Shown: positions 39,789 through 48,957 of the stretch, piece after piece
Layout: every line of letters starts with the position of its first letter
Numbering within the stretch: the stretch's first letter is position 1
Assembly (NCBI GenBank): GCA_963825055.1
Contig: CAWGSK010000012.1
Location: forward strand, 96,001 to 160,000
DNA length: 64,000 nt
Source: an uncultured Gemmatimonadales bacterium
Lineage (GTDB): Bacteria > Gemmatimonadota > Gemmatimonadetes > Gemmatimonadales > GWC2-71-9
Direction of reading: 5' to 3'
The notes under the pieces: model-generated
What the model was told of the DNA's origin: nothing
Databases searched by the model: none
Seen by the model: only the letters and a program-made list of their open reading frames with translations
Made by a program: the position numbers and the translations under genes

Positions 39789-40162
39789 AGGTCCTTCCGG
39801 GCGAGGGCTGGCGGGAGCTGGCCGTCACGGTCCGCGAGGCGCTGCCGGTGGATGAGCTCGACGGGATCTGGACGTTCCAGGCGGTCCGGCAGGACCTCAA
39901 GGAGTGGGGGACAGCGATCCTGAGCCGGGTGGACGGCGCCCGCCGGCGGATCTACACCGCGCGCTACGTGCATACCATCAAGGGTCGCGAGCGCGGCGCG
40001 TTCGCCGCGACCGTGGAGGAAGTGGGGAGCGGTCCGGTGGAGACGCTGGACGAACTCATCCGCGGCGTCGAGCGCCGCGCCGACGAGGAGCCACCCGTGC
40101 CGGTGCCGGTGGCTGACTGGTTCCCCCCGGAAGAGGACAATGGCGCGCCTGACACCGGATGA
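39785..40162 (+). CDS. Hypothetical protein
   Basis: GTG overlaps the upstream stop; typical codon usage; overlaps the fur start. Confidence 0.65.
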   Translation: MKVLPGEGWRELAVTVREALPVDELDGIWTFQAVRQDLKEWGTAILSRVDGARRRIYTARYVHTIKGRERGAFAATVEEVGSGPVETLDELIRGVERRADEEPPVPVPVADWFPPEEDNGAPDTG

Positions 40163-40625
40163 GCGGGCGGCACTGCTCGAGCGGTTCCGCCGCCACCTGC
40201 GCGACCACCGGCAGCCGGTCACGCGACAGCGGGACATCATCGCCGATATCGTGGTGACGTCCGAGGAGCACCTCTCCGTCGATGCCATCGAGCGCAAGCT
40301 CAAGGAGCGCCGTGAGCGGGTCGGAACCGCGACCGTCTACCGTACACTCGACCTGCTCCGGCAGGCGGGCCTCATCAAGGCACACGATTTCGGCGAGGGG
40401 TTCCGGCGGTTCGAGCCCGTGGGCGGCCCGGTTCACCACGAGCACCTCATCTGCGAGCGCTGCGGGTCGGTGACCGAATTCGCCAACGAACAACTCGAGC
40501 GGCTGCTCCCCATCATCGCCGACGAGCACGACTTTGAGCACCGGCACCACCGCGTCGAGATTTACGGGATCTGCCGTGCCTGCCAGGGCAGGGCACTGGG
40601 GACACTCCAGGCGGAGCACCGCTGA
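40140..40625 (+). CDS. Fur family transcriptional regulator
   Basis: TRQR, ATVYRTL, HHEHLICERCG, GICRAC. Confidence 0.93.
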   Translation: MARLTPDERAALLERFRRHLRDHRQPVTRQRDIIADIVVTSEEHLSVDAIERKLKERRERVGTATVYRTLDLLRQAGLIKAHDFGEGFRRFEPVGGPVHHEHLICERCGSVTEFANEQLERLLPIIADEHDFEHRHHRVEIYGICRACQGRALGTLQAEHR

Positions 40626-41353
40626 TGGATGACGCCACCGGCCTCGGCTTTGCCGTAGCCTTCGCCAGCGGACTGCTGAGCTTCCTGTCGCCCTGCGTCC
40701 TGCCCCTGGTACCGTCCTACATCGGCTTTCTCACGGGCATGAGCGCCGGCGAGGTCACACGGAGGCGGCGCCTGGCGGTCCTCCACGCGCTGGCGTTCGT
40801 GGTGGGCTTCTCGCTCGTCTTCGTCCTGGCCGGGGCGACCGCCACCGCTCTGGGCCGGGCCATCCGGTACAACGATGTCTGGATCCAGCGGATCGGCGGC
40901 GGGCTGCTGATCCTCTTCGGGATCCTGATGCTCAACATTATCCCGCTGCCGTTCCTGAACCGGGAAGCGCGCTGGCACCTGCAGGACAAACCCGTGGGGT
41001 TCTTCGGGTCCCTGGTGGTCGGAATCACCTTCGGGGCTGGATGGACGCCCTGTATCGGTCCGATCCTCGGCGGCATCCTGAGCCTGGCCGCGACCGAAAC
41101 CAGCGTGGGCCGGGGGATGCTGCTCCTGACGGTCTACTCCGCCGGGCTCGCCGTGCCGTTCCTGCTCGCGGCGCTGGCGCTCGACCGGTTCCTGCAATGG
41201 TTTCAGCGCTTCAGGCGCTACATGCCGTGGGTGCAGCGGATCGGGGGAATCCTGCTGATTCTGGTGGGTCTGCTGCTGCTGACGGGGGCATTCACCCGGC
41301 TCGCCGGCTGGCTCCAGGGGCTCACACCGGGATTCCTGCAGGAGCAGTTGTAG
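40625..41353 (+). CDS. ccdA: Cytochrome c biogenesis protein CcdA
   Basis: SFLSPCVLPL, WTPCIGPIL. Confidence 0.9.
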   Translation: MDDATGLGFAVAFASGLLSFLSPCVLPLVPSYIGFLTGMSAGEVTRRRRLAVLHALAFVVGFSLVFVLAGATATALGRAIRYNDVWIQRIGGGLLILFGILMLNIIPLPFLNREARWHLQDKPVGFFGSLVVGITFGAGWTPCIGPILGGILSLAATETSVGRGMLLLTVYSAGLAVPFLLAALALDRFLQWFQRFRRYMPWVQRIGGILLILVGLLLLTGAFTRLAGWLQGLTPGFLQEQL

Positions 41354-41373
41354 CAGGCGGGCAGGGCGGTCTC

Positions 41374-41412
41374 ACGACTCAACGACTCAACGACCAACGA
41401 CCCCCGACCTCA
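41374..41412. repeat. Short 7-8 bp tandem repeat (ACGACTCA/ACGACCA)
   Basis: About 5 degenerate copies between convergent ccdA and ABC genes. Confidence 0.65.
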
Positions 41413-43176
41413 ATCACTCCCCTCTTCACCACCCCCGCCCAGCTCCTCCTCCAGCGCCTGACGCCGCAGCAACTGCCAGTACCGGCCCTCCCGCGCCAGC
41501 AGCCCGGCGTGCGTTCCTCTCTCCACCACGCGGCCGCCATCCAGCACCAGGATCTCGTTCGCGAGCCGCACCGCCGCCATGCGATGGCTCACGATCAGGC
41601 TGGTGCGCCGGGCAAGGGCGTCCCGCAGCCCGCGCAGAATCCGCGTCTCGGTATTGGCGTCCACGGCGCTCAGAGCGTCGTCCAGGATGAATACCGGCGG
41701 ATCCTTCGCGAGCGCGCGGGCGATGCTCGCGCGCTGTTTCTGGCCCCCGGAGAGGTTGATGCCGCGCTCACCCAGCATCGTGTCTACGCCGTGCGGCAGG
41801 GACGGGATCGCCTCCGCCAGTTGCGCGGTTTCGAGCGCGGCCTCCAGGCGCCCGTCGTCCGGATTCCCGAAGAGGATGTTCCCGCGGAGCGTGTCACTGA
41901 ACAGGAACGTCTCCTGCGGGACGAAGCCCACTTCCTCTCGCAACTCGGCCAGGGACAGGTCCCGGATATCCACACCGTCGAGCAGGATCCGGCCGCGATC
42001 GGGATCGTAGGTGCGCACCAGGAGGTCCGCGAGGGTCGACTTACCCGATCCGGTCGGCCCGACCACCGCCAGCGAGGCGCCGGCCGGGAGGTCGAAGCTC
42101 ACGTCCTGCAGGACCCAGCCCCGGTCCCGGGCGTTGGGATACTGGAACCAGACCCCCTCGCAGGTGAGCCGCCGGCCGCCCGGGGCGGACGGCAGCCGTG
42201 CGGGCTGCGCCGGGCTCACGATGGCGGGCACCTCCTCCAGCAGGGCGTTGACGCGCCCCATGCTGGCCGCCCCGCGCTGCACCAGGTTCACCACCCAGCC
42301 CAGCGCGATCATGGGCCAGACCAGCGTCATGAGGTACACCCCGAACGCCACGAACTGGCCCGGCGTGACCGTGCCGGCGATCACCAGCCTGCCGCCCACG
42401 TACAGCACGGTGACGGCGCCCAGGCCGCCAAGGAACGCCATGATCGGATGGAAAGAGCCGGCGACCCGCGCCAGTGCCATGTTGCGAGTGGCATACCCTT
42501 CGTTCAGGCGGCTAAATTCTTCGAGTTCGGCCCGTTCCTGCCGGTAGGCGCGGACTACGCGCACCCCGGACAGGTTTTCGTGGACAAAGTCGCTGAGGGT
42601 GCTGAACTGGTTCTGGATGTCCAGCGTCCGGTGGTGGATGGCACTGCCGAACCACGTCATCGCCACGGGGAGGCCGATGAGCGGCAGGAGGCTCAGGCCG
42701 GTCAGGCGCGGACTGATGCCGAGCATGTACGGCAGGACGAGCATGGTCCGGGTGATCGTATCCACGAGGTACATGACCGCGGGCCCGACCACCATCCGCA
42801 CCGCGAGCAGGTCGTTGGTGCTGCGGGCCATGAGGTCGCCGGTCGTGGACCGGTCGTAGAATGAGGCCGAGAGGCCCTGCAGGTGGCGGTACAGCGTATT
42901 GCGAAGGTCGAACTCGATCCGGCGGCTGCCGCCGTTCAGGAGCTCGCGCATGCCGAACCGGGCGAATCCGCCCAGGAGGGCTACGCCGAGCAGCAGGCCG
43001 ATGGCTCGCAGGACCACGGCAAAGGGCTCGTGGCGGTCCAGGGCGTCAATGCCCTGCTGGATGAACCGCGGGCCGAGTGTCAGGAAGGTGTTGGAGACCA
43101 CGATCAGCGCAATGCCGGCGGCATAGATGCCGCGGTAGGCGCGAAGGCAGGGCAGCAGAGTACGCAGGGATCGCAT
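41410..43176 (-). CDS. ABC transporter, fused permease/ATPase (MdlA-like exporter)
   Basis: TM domain plus GPTGSGKST, LSGGQKQR, ILDD, SHR. Confidence 0.93.
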   Translation of the reverse strand: MRSLRTLLPCLRAYRGIYAAGIALIVVSNTFLTLGPRFIQQGIDALDRHEPFAVVLRAIGLLLGVALLGGFARFGMRELLNGGSRRIEFDLRNTLYRHLQGLSASFYDRSTTGDLMARSTNDLLAVRMVVGPAVMYLVDTITRTMLVLPYMLGISPRLTGLSLLPLIGLPVAMTWFGSAIHHRTLDIQNQFSTLSDFVHENLSGVRVVRAYRQERAELEEFSRLNEGYATRNMALARVAGSFHPIMAFLGGLGAVTVLYVGGRLVIAGTVTPGQFVAFGVYLMTLVWPMIALGWVVNLVQRGAASMGRVNALLEEVPAIVSPAQPARLPSAPGGRRLTCEGVWFQYPNARDRGWVLQDVSFDLPAGASLAVVGPTGSGKSTLADLLVRTYDPDRGRILLDGVDIRDLSLAELREEVGFVPQETFLFSDTLRGNILFGNPDDGRLEAALETAQLAEAIPSLPHGVDTMLGERGINLSGGQKQRASIARALAKDPPVFILDDALSAVDANTETRILRGLRDALARRTSLIVSHRMAAVRLANEILVLDGGRVVERGTHAGLLAREGRYWQLLRRQALEEELGGGGEEGSD

Positions 43177-43236
43177 GGCCGACACAATGTCATCGCGTCG
43201 GCGCGGTCCGGCAAGTTCACTTCATGGGAGGACTCG

Positions 43237-44061
43237 ATGTCCAGAACGATTCTGATGACCGTGGCCCTCGTGGCCGCCCTGGGCTGTGGAGGGGGTGACC
43301 GCACGGACACCGCCGTGGCGGACAGCCTCAATCGCGACCTGCAGCTGGCCCCGGTCGACACAACGGCCGTCATGAATGACCAGCCGTCGACCGAGCCGGC
43401 GCCGGCGGAGACGCCGGTGGCGCAGAAGCCGGCCCCGCGCCAGGTAACCCCGACGCAGCAACCGCCTGCGGCAAAGCCGGCGCCGGCGAAGCAGACTCCT
43501 GCGCCCGTCCCGACCCCGGCCGTAGCGCCGGCACCGCTGACACTCCCGTCAGGTACGGTGATCCGGGCAAGCGTGGACGACAGCCTCAACTCACGGACCG
43601 ACCAGCCGGGCCAGACGCTGACCGCCACGATCGGCGCCGACGTGAAGGACGGCAACGGCCGCACCATCATCCCGGCCGGAAGCACCATCAACCTCGCCGT
43701 CAGCGAACTCAAGGCGGCGCCGAACAAGAGTTCCGAAGGCACGCTCGTCCTGACGGTGTCCAGCATTACCGCCAACGGACAGACCTACCCGGTGAGCGCG
43801 TCCATCGACTCGGTGGAGCATTACCTGAAAGGCCGTGGAGTCGGGACGAGCGAGGCGGCCAAGGTGGGGGCCGGGGCCGTGGCCGGCGCGATCGCCGGGC
43901 GGATCATCGGCGGGAAGAAGGGAACCGTCATCGGCGGCGTCGTCGGTGCCGCCGCGGGGACCGGCGTCGCTGTCGAGACGGCAGACCGGGACGTGGTCGT
44001 CCCTGCTGGAGCCAGGCTGGTAATCCGGCTCGACCGGGAGATGAGCGTCAGTGACAGTTGA
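43237..44061 (+). CDS. Lipoprotein with Pro-rich linker and glycine zipper
   Basis: GGAGG SD; lipobox ALGC; GAGAVAGAIAG..GGVVGAAAG. Confidence 0.8.
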   Translation: MSRTILMTVALVAALGCGGGDRTDTAVADSLNRDLQLAPVDTTAVMNDQPSTEPAPAETPVAQKPAPRQVTPTQQPPAAKPAPAKQTPAPVPTPAVAPAPLTLPSGTVIRASVDDSLNSRTDQPGQTLTATIGADVKDGNGRTIIPAGSTINLAVSELKAAPNKSSEGTLVLTVSSITANGQTYPVSASIDSVEHYLKGRGVGTSEAAKVGAGAVAGAIAGRIIGGKKGTVIGGVVGAAAGTGVAVETADRDVVVPAGARLVIRLDREMSVSDS

Positions 44062-44097
44062 ACCAGGGCTGGTGCGCGTTGCAAGTCGGAACGCCAC

Positions 44098-44113
44098 TGT
44101 GCGCGGGATCACA
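44098..44113. promoter_or_regulatory. Possible CRP/FNR-family binding site
   Basis: TGTGC-N6-TCACA, one mismatch to TGTGA-N6-TCACA, intergenic. Confidence 0.3.
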
Positions 44114-44258
44114 TGCTGGGAGGCGTCCCGCGGGCCATATTGAGAGTGACTTGATTTCCCCGGCCGGTGAGCGGCGGACGTGATGGCGGACCATGCTGTA
44201 CCAGCCGTCACGATGTCGCGCGCCGGGCGGGGCTCGTTCACCTACAGGAGGCAACTGG

Positions 44259-44993
44259 ATGTCCAGAACACTGATGGTACTACTCGCCGGAGTCCTGGCG
44301 GTAGGATGTGGAAAAGGGGATGCCGCCGATCAGGCCGCGGCGGACAGCCTTGATCGTGACCTGCAGATGGCCCCGGTTGACACGAGCGCAACCCTGAGCG
44401 ACCAGGCGACGGCACAGACGCCGGCGCAGAGCAGTCCGCGCGCCGCCACCAGCACGCCGCGTGCGAGTGGCGCGACCCTCTCGGCCGGAACCGCGTTCGC
44501 CGTGACGGCGGCCGAGGAGATTTCCTCCGGGCAGAACAAGGCGGGCGAGACCTTCACCACCACGGTCACCTCCGATGTGAAAAACAGCAAGGGCGTGGTG
44601 GTGATTCCGGCGGGCTCCACGGTCAACCTCACCATCTCGCAGATCGAGGGCGCAAGCAACAAGAGCTCCGTCGGCAAGATCGTGCTGATCCCTTCGACCG
44701 TGATGGTCGGCGGCAAGAGCTACACGCTCGGCGCGTCCATCGACTCGGTGGACCACCAGCTCAAGAGCGGTGGCGTGAGCGCGGGTGATGCCGCCAAGGT
44801 CGGCGCCGGCGCGGCCGCCGGCGCGATCGCCGGCCGCGTGATCAGCGGCAACAGCAAGGGCGCCATCATCGGTGGCGTCGTAGGCGCCGCGGTCGGTACG
44901 GGCGTGGCCATCGAGACGAAGAACCGCGAAGTCGTGGTTCCCGTCGGCTCCCGCATCGTCCTCACGCTGACCCAGGACCTGACGGTCACCTGA
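44259..44993 (+). CDS. Lipoprotein with glycine zipper, paralog of the upstream gene
   Basis: AGGAGG SD; lipobox AVGC; shares DSL.RDLQ.APVDT and ASIDSV motifs. Confidence 0.8.
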   Translation: MSRTLMVLLAGVLAVGCGKGDAADQAAADSLDRDLQMAPVDTSATLSDQATAQTPAQSSPRAATSTPRASGATLSAGTAFAVTAAEEISSGQNKAGETFTTTVTSDVKNSKGVVVIPAGSTVNLTISQIEGASNKSSVGKIVLIPSTVMVGGKSYTLGASIDSVDHQLKSGGVSAGDAAKVGAGAAAGAIAGRVISGNSKGAIIGGVVGAAVGTGVAIETKNREVVVPVGSRIVLTLTQDLTVT

Positions 44994-45011
44994 CCGATCC
45001 CTGGTTCCGGC

Positions 45012-45052
45012 AGAAAACGGCGGGGAGACCATCGGTCTCCCCGCCGTTTTCT
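45012..45052. terminator. Bidirectional intrinsic terminator
   Basis: Perfect 19-bp stem AGAAAACGGCGGGGAGACC-atc-GGTCTCCCCGCCGTTTTCT between convergent genes. Confidence 0.9.
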
Positions 45053-45069
45053 CATGGCCGCGAACGCCC

Positions 45070-46797
45070 TCAGTACCCCGCGCCGCCCCCGCCGTAGCGC
45101 GGGTCCGTCACGCCCTCCCAGCCGGATGGGGTACGGATGATCGCTTCCACATCGCCCCACCCGGAGCGGAATGTCAATTCGTGCCCCATCGTCCGGAGTG
45201 CCGCCAGCACACCAGGCTTGAATCCGCTGCGTTCCAGCCGGTACTCGTCCGGCAGCCCCTGATGATGTGTGCGGGGGGCCGCGACCGCGTCAGGCAGGGA
45301 CATCCCGTGGTCGATCACATTGGAGATCACATGATAGACCTGGGTGATGATAGTCGGGCCGCCGGGTGTGCCCAGGACGAGAAACAGCTGGTGCTGCGGG
45401 TCCATCACGATGCTGGGGGTCATCGCGGAGAGCATCCGCTTACCCGGGGCGATCGCATTGGCCTCGCCCTGGACCAGTCCGTAGATATTGGGCTTGCCCG
45501 GCGCCGAGGCGAAGTCGTCCATTTCATCGTTCAACAGAAAGCCCGCCCCGGACACGGTCACCGCGCTGCCGTAGCTGTTGTTCAGCGTCGTCGTGCAGCT
45601 CACGGCGTTGCCCTCGGCGTCCACCACCGAGTAGTGCGTGGTCGAGTTGCCGTCCCGCAGCGAGGGATCGAACACCGGCGTGCGGGTGGCATGATTGGGG
45701 TCGATGGTCGTGCGCAGGGAGTCGGCGTGCGCCTTCGACAGCAGCCACTCGATCGGCATGTCGACGAAGTCCGGGTCGCCAAGGTACACGTTGCGGTCGG
45801 TGAAGGCCCGGCGCATCGCTTCCGCTTCGCGGTGCAGCAGCGCGGCCGAACCGAACGGGGGCAGGGGATCGTAGCCTTGCATGATGTTCAGGATTTCGCC
45901 GAGCGTCACGCCGCCGCTCGACGCCGGCGGCATGCTGTAGACCGTGTAGCCCCGGTAGTCGATCCGGACAGGCGTGCGCCACAGGGCCTGGTAGGCCTCG
46001 AGGTCCGCGTGCGAAATCAGCCCCCCCGAGCGTTCCATCTCCGCGACGATCAGGTCGGCCACCCGGCCCCGGTAGAACCCGTCCCGGCCGTGGTCACGGA
46101 TGTCCTCCAGGGTGTGTCCCAGGTCCCGCTGCACGAACCGGCTGCCGACCTCCGGCGGCCGGCCGTTCGGGAGGAACGCCTCCCGGCTGCCCTGGAACAG
46201 GTAGAGCCTGTCCCAGTGGTTGCCGATCGAGCGGCTCCGGTGGCGGTCCACGATGAACCCCTCGTTCGCGAGCCGGATGGCGGGGGCCATGACGTCGGTG
46301 AGCGGAAGCCGCCCGAACCGGCGGTGGGCCTCGAGCATCCCGGCCACCGAGCCCGGCACGCCGGCCGCCAGCGCGCCGGTCTGGCTCAGTTCGCTTGGAT
46401 CGCCGTCCTGGTCGAGGTACATGTCACGCGTCGCCCGGCCGGCTGCCTTCTCCCGGTAGTCGAGGGCATGGACGGAATCATCGCCCATCCGGATGATCAT
46501 GAATCCGCCGCCCCCGATGTTGCCGGCTTCGGGATGGACCACCGCGAGCGCCATCCCGACCGCCACGGCCGCGTCCACCGCATTCCCGCCCTGCTGGAGG
46601 ATGTCGCGTCCGACCGCGCTGGCGATCGGGCTGCCCGAGACCACCATGGCCCGGCGGCCCTCGGCGACCCTGGCCTTGCCGAGCATGGGCCATTCGGAAT
46701 TGACGCCGGCAGGTGTAGCCGGGGCCGGAGACCCGGCCGGGGCGCCGCATGCCGCGAGGATGGCGGCCAGCAGCAGTGGAAGGGCGGGACGATGCAT
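45070..46797 (-). CDS. ggt: Gamma-glutamyltransferase (lipoprotein)
   Basis: GGNAVDAAVA, DYRE, TTHYSVVD nucleophile, LNDEMDDF, LSAMTP; lipobox LAAC. Confidence 0.95.
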   Translation of the reverse strand: MHRPALPLLLAAILAACGAPAGSPAPATPAGVNSEWPMLGKARVAEGRRAMVVSGSPIASAVGRDILQQGGNAVDAAVAVGMALAVVHPEAGNIGGGGFMIIRMGDDSVHALDYREKAAGRATRDMYLDQDGDPSELSQTGALAAGVPGSVAGMLEAHRRFGRLPLTDVMAPAIRLANEGFIVDRHRSRSIGNHWDRLYLFQGSREAFLPNGRPPEVGSRFVQRDLGHTLEDIRDHGRDGFYRGRVADLIVAEMERSGGLISHADLEAYQALWRTPVRIDYRGYTVYSMPPASSGGVTLGEILNIMQGYDPLPPFGSAALLHREAEAMRRAFTDRNVYLGDPDFVDMPIEWLLSKAHADSLRTTIDPNHATRTPVFDPSLRDGNSTTHYSVVDAEGNAVSCTTTLNNSYGSAVTVSGAGFLLNDEMDDFASAPGKPNIYGLVQGEANAIAPGKRMLSAMTPSIVMDPQHQLFLVLGTPGGPTIITQVYHVISNVIDHGMSLPDAVAAPRTHHQGLPDEYRLERSGFKPGVLAALRTMGHELTFRSGWGDVEAIIRTPSGWEGVTDPRYGGGGAGY

Positions 46798-46933
46798 CAG
46801 CACCTCGCAGGCTGGGAACGAAGGGATCCGCGGCGGTTGCCCCCCGCGCGCGACCGGCCCTAATTTAGCCCGGTCACGCGGGGGACGCAGTCTGGTTCCC
46901 CGCCGTCTCGCCGCATCTCGATTCCCGGACAGC

Positions 46934-47854
46934 ATGAACGACTTCCACGATGCCCGCCTGACGGAACAGCGTAATCCCCGTACGCGCGACATCGACCGCG
47001 CGGAGGCCCTGGAGATCGTGGACCTCCTGAACGCCGAGGATGCCACCGTCCCGGCCGCCGTGGCCGGGGCCAGGGAGGCACTTGCCCGCGCGATCACGCT
47101 CATCGAGCAGGCGCTCAGCTCCGGCGGCCGGCTGCTCTATGTCGGTGCCGGCACGAGCGGCCGGCTGGGCGTACTGGACGCGTCGGAGTGCCCCCCGACC
47201 TTCCGCACCGATCCTTCCCAGGTGGTGGGCATCATCGCCGGGGGGTATCCCGCGCTGGTGAGGCCTGCTGAGGGCGCGGAGGATGACCTGAACGCAGGCA
47301 TTGCGGCCATGGACGGCCATCACGTTGCCGGGACGGACGTCGTGGTCGGGATCGCCGCGAGCGGCACCACGCCGTACGTCCGCGCGGCACTGGGCCGGGC
47401 GCAGGCGCTCGGCGCCCGCACGGTCATCGTGTCATGCAGTCCACCGCCGGCCACGCTGCTGGAGACGTGCGACGTTGCCATCACGGTGCCGGTTGGTCCC
47501 GAGGCGGTCACGGGGTCCACGCGAATGAAGGCGGGCACGGCCACCAAGCTGGTCCTGAACACGCTGACCACCGGCGCCATGATCCGCCTGGGCAAGGTGT
47601 ATGGCAACCTGATGGTGGACCTGCAGGCCTGGAGCGAGAAACTGGTGGACCGCGGCGAGCGCATCGTGATGGAGACCGCCGGTGTCTCCCGCGAGAGGGC
47701 TCGGGCGGTAATCGGGGAGGCAGGCGGGGCGGTGAAGGTCGCCATCGTCATGGCGCGGCTGGACGTGAGCCGGGCCGAGGCGGAAGGCCGGCTGTCGGCG
47801 TACGGGGGCCGCCTGCGTCCCGTGATCGGTGACCCGCCGCCGGTGCGTGAATGA
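46934..47854 (+). CDS. murQ: N-acetylmuramic acid 6-phosphate etherase
   Basis: TEQRNP, GAGTSGRLGVLDASECPPTF, GSTRMKAGTA. Confidence 0.95.
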   Translation: MNDFHDARLTEQRNPRTRDIDRAEALEIVDLLNAEDATVPAAVAGAREALARAITLIEQALSSGGRLLYVGAGTSGRLGVLDASECPPTFRTDPSQVVGIIAGGYPALVRPAEGAEDDLNAGIAAMDGHHVAGTDVVVGIAASGTTPYVRAALGRAQALGARTVIVSCSPPPATLLETCDVAITVPVGPEAVTGSTRMKAGTATKLVLNTLTTGAMIRLGKVYGNLMVDLQAWSEKLVDRGERIVMETAGVSRERARAVIGEAGGAVKVAIVMARLDVSRAEAEGRLSAYGGRLRPVIGDPPPVRE

Positions 47855-48957
47855 CTCCGCAGCCCACGCTCGGCATCGGCCTCATGTCCGGCACTTCGCT
47901 CGACGGGGTGGACGCGGCGCTGGTGCGGATCACGGGAACCGCCGGGGTGGAACTTGCCCGGTTCGCGTTCCGCCCCTACGCCCATACGGAGCGGGACGAG
48001 ATCCTGCGCGCGATCGCCGGTGGGCCTGCGCCTGAGCTGGCCCGGCTGCACGTGCACCTCGCCGAGTGGGCGGCGCAGGCGGTGGACATCGTCCTCGCCG
48101 AGGCGAAGGTGCGGCCCACCCAGCTCGGGTTCATCGCCTTCCCCGGGCAGACGGTCTGGCACGAGCCGCCGCGGGTGACGTGGCAGCTGGGGGAGCCGGC
48201 AGTGCTCGCCGAACGGTTTGGGGTGCGGATCGTGAGCGGCTTCCGCGCGCGGGACGTGGCGGCGGGGGGGCAGGGTGCTCCACTCGTCCCGATGGCGGAC
48301 GTGCTGCTGTTCGGCGCGGAGGACCATCCACGGGTCCTCCTCAACCTCGGCGGGATGAGCAACCTCACCTACGTCGAGCGGCGAGGCCGGCTCGAGCACG
48401 CGCTTGCATTCGACGCGGGGCCCGGGGTGGCGGTCATCGACGAGGTCGCCCGCCTGGTCGATCCTGAGCTTCCCTATGACCGGGATGGCCGGCTCGCCCG
48501 CCAGGGGAGCGTGGCGGAGGATGTCCTCGAACAGCTCCTGGCCGATCCGTTCTTCCGCGCTCCGCCTCCCAAGAGCACCGGTCGGGAACGCTTCGGGCAC
48601 TACTATGCCCGCCAGCTGCATGAGCGGGTGCCCGGGCCCGACGGGGTCGCCACTGCGGTCGAGCTGACCGCACGAAGCGTGACCGCCGCCGCGCAGCAGT
48701 GGCTTCCCGAGGCCCCCGAGCTTGTCGTCAGCGGCGGGGGCCGGCACCATCCCGTCCTGATGGAAGCCATCGCCGCCGGGCTGGGAGCGGGAATGCGCCT
48801 CCGCCGGTTCGACGACCTCTTTTTCGACGGGGACGCGAAGGAAGCGGTGGCCTTCGCCTTCCTCGCGCACCTCATGCTGACCGGCCAGCCCGGCAACCTG
48901 CCGGCGGCCACTGGCGCGCGCGGCTTCCGCATCCTGGGCTCGGTGACGCCGCCGTGA
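47851..48957 (+). CDS. anmK: Anhydro-N-acetylmuramic acid kinase
   Basis: GLMSGTSLDGVD, GGQGAPLVP, KSTGRE, KEAVAFA. Confidence 0.95.
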   Translation: MTPQPTLGIGLMSGTSLDGVDAALVRITGTAGVELARFAFRPYAHTERDEILRAIAGGPAPELARLHVHLAEWAAQAVDIVLAEAKVRPTQLGFIAFPGQTVWHEPPRVTWQLGEPAVLAERFGVRIVSGFRARDVAAGGQGAPLVPMADVLLFGAEDHPRVLLNLGGMSNLTYVERRGRLEHALAFDAGPGVAVIDEVARLVDPELPYDRDGRLARQGSVAEDVLEQLLADPFFRAPPPKSTGRERFGHYYARQLHERVPGPDGVATAVELTARSVTAAAQQWLPEAPELVVSGGGRHHPVLMEAIAAGLGAGMRLRRFDDLFFDGDAKEAVAFAFLAHLMLTGQPGNLPAATGARGFRILGSVTPP

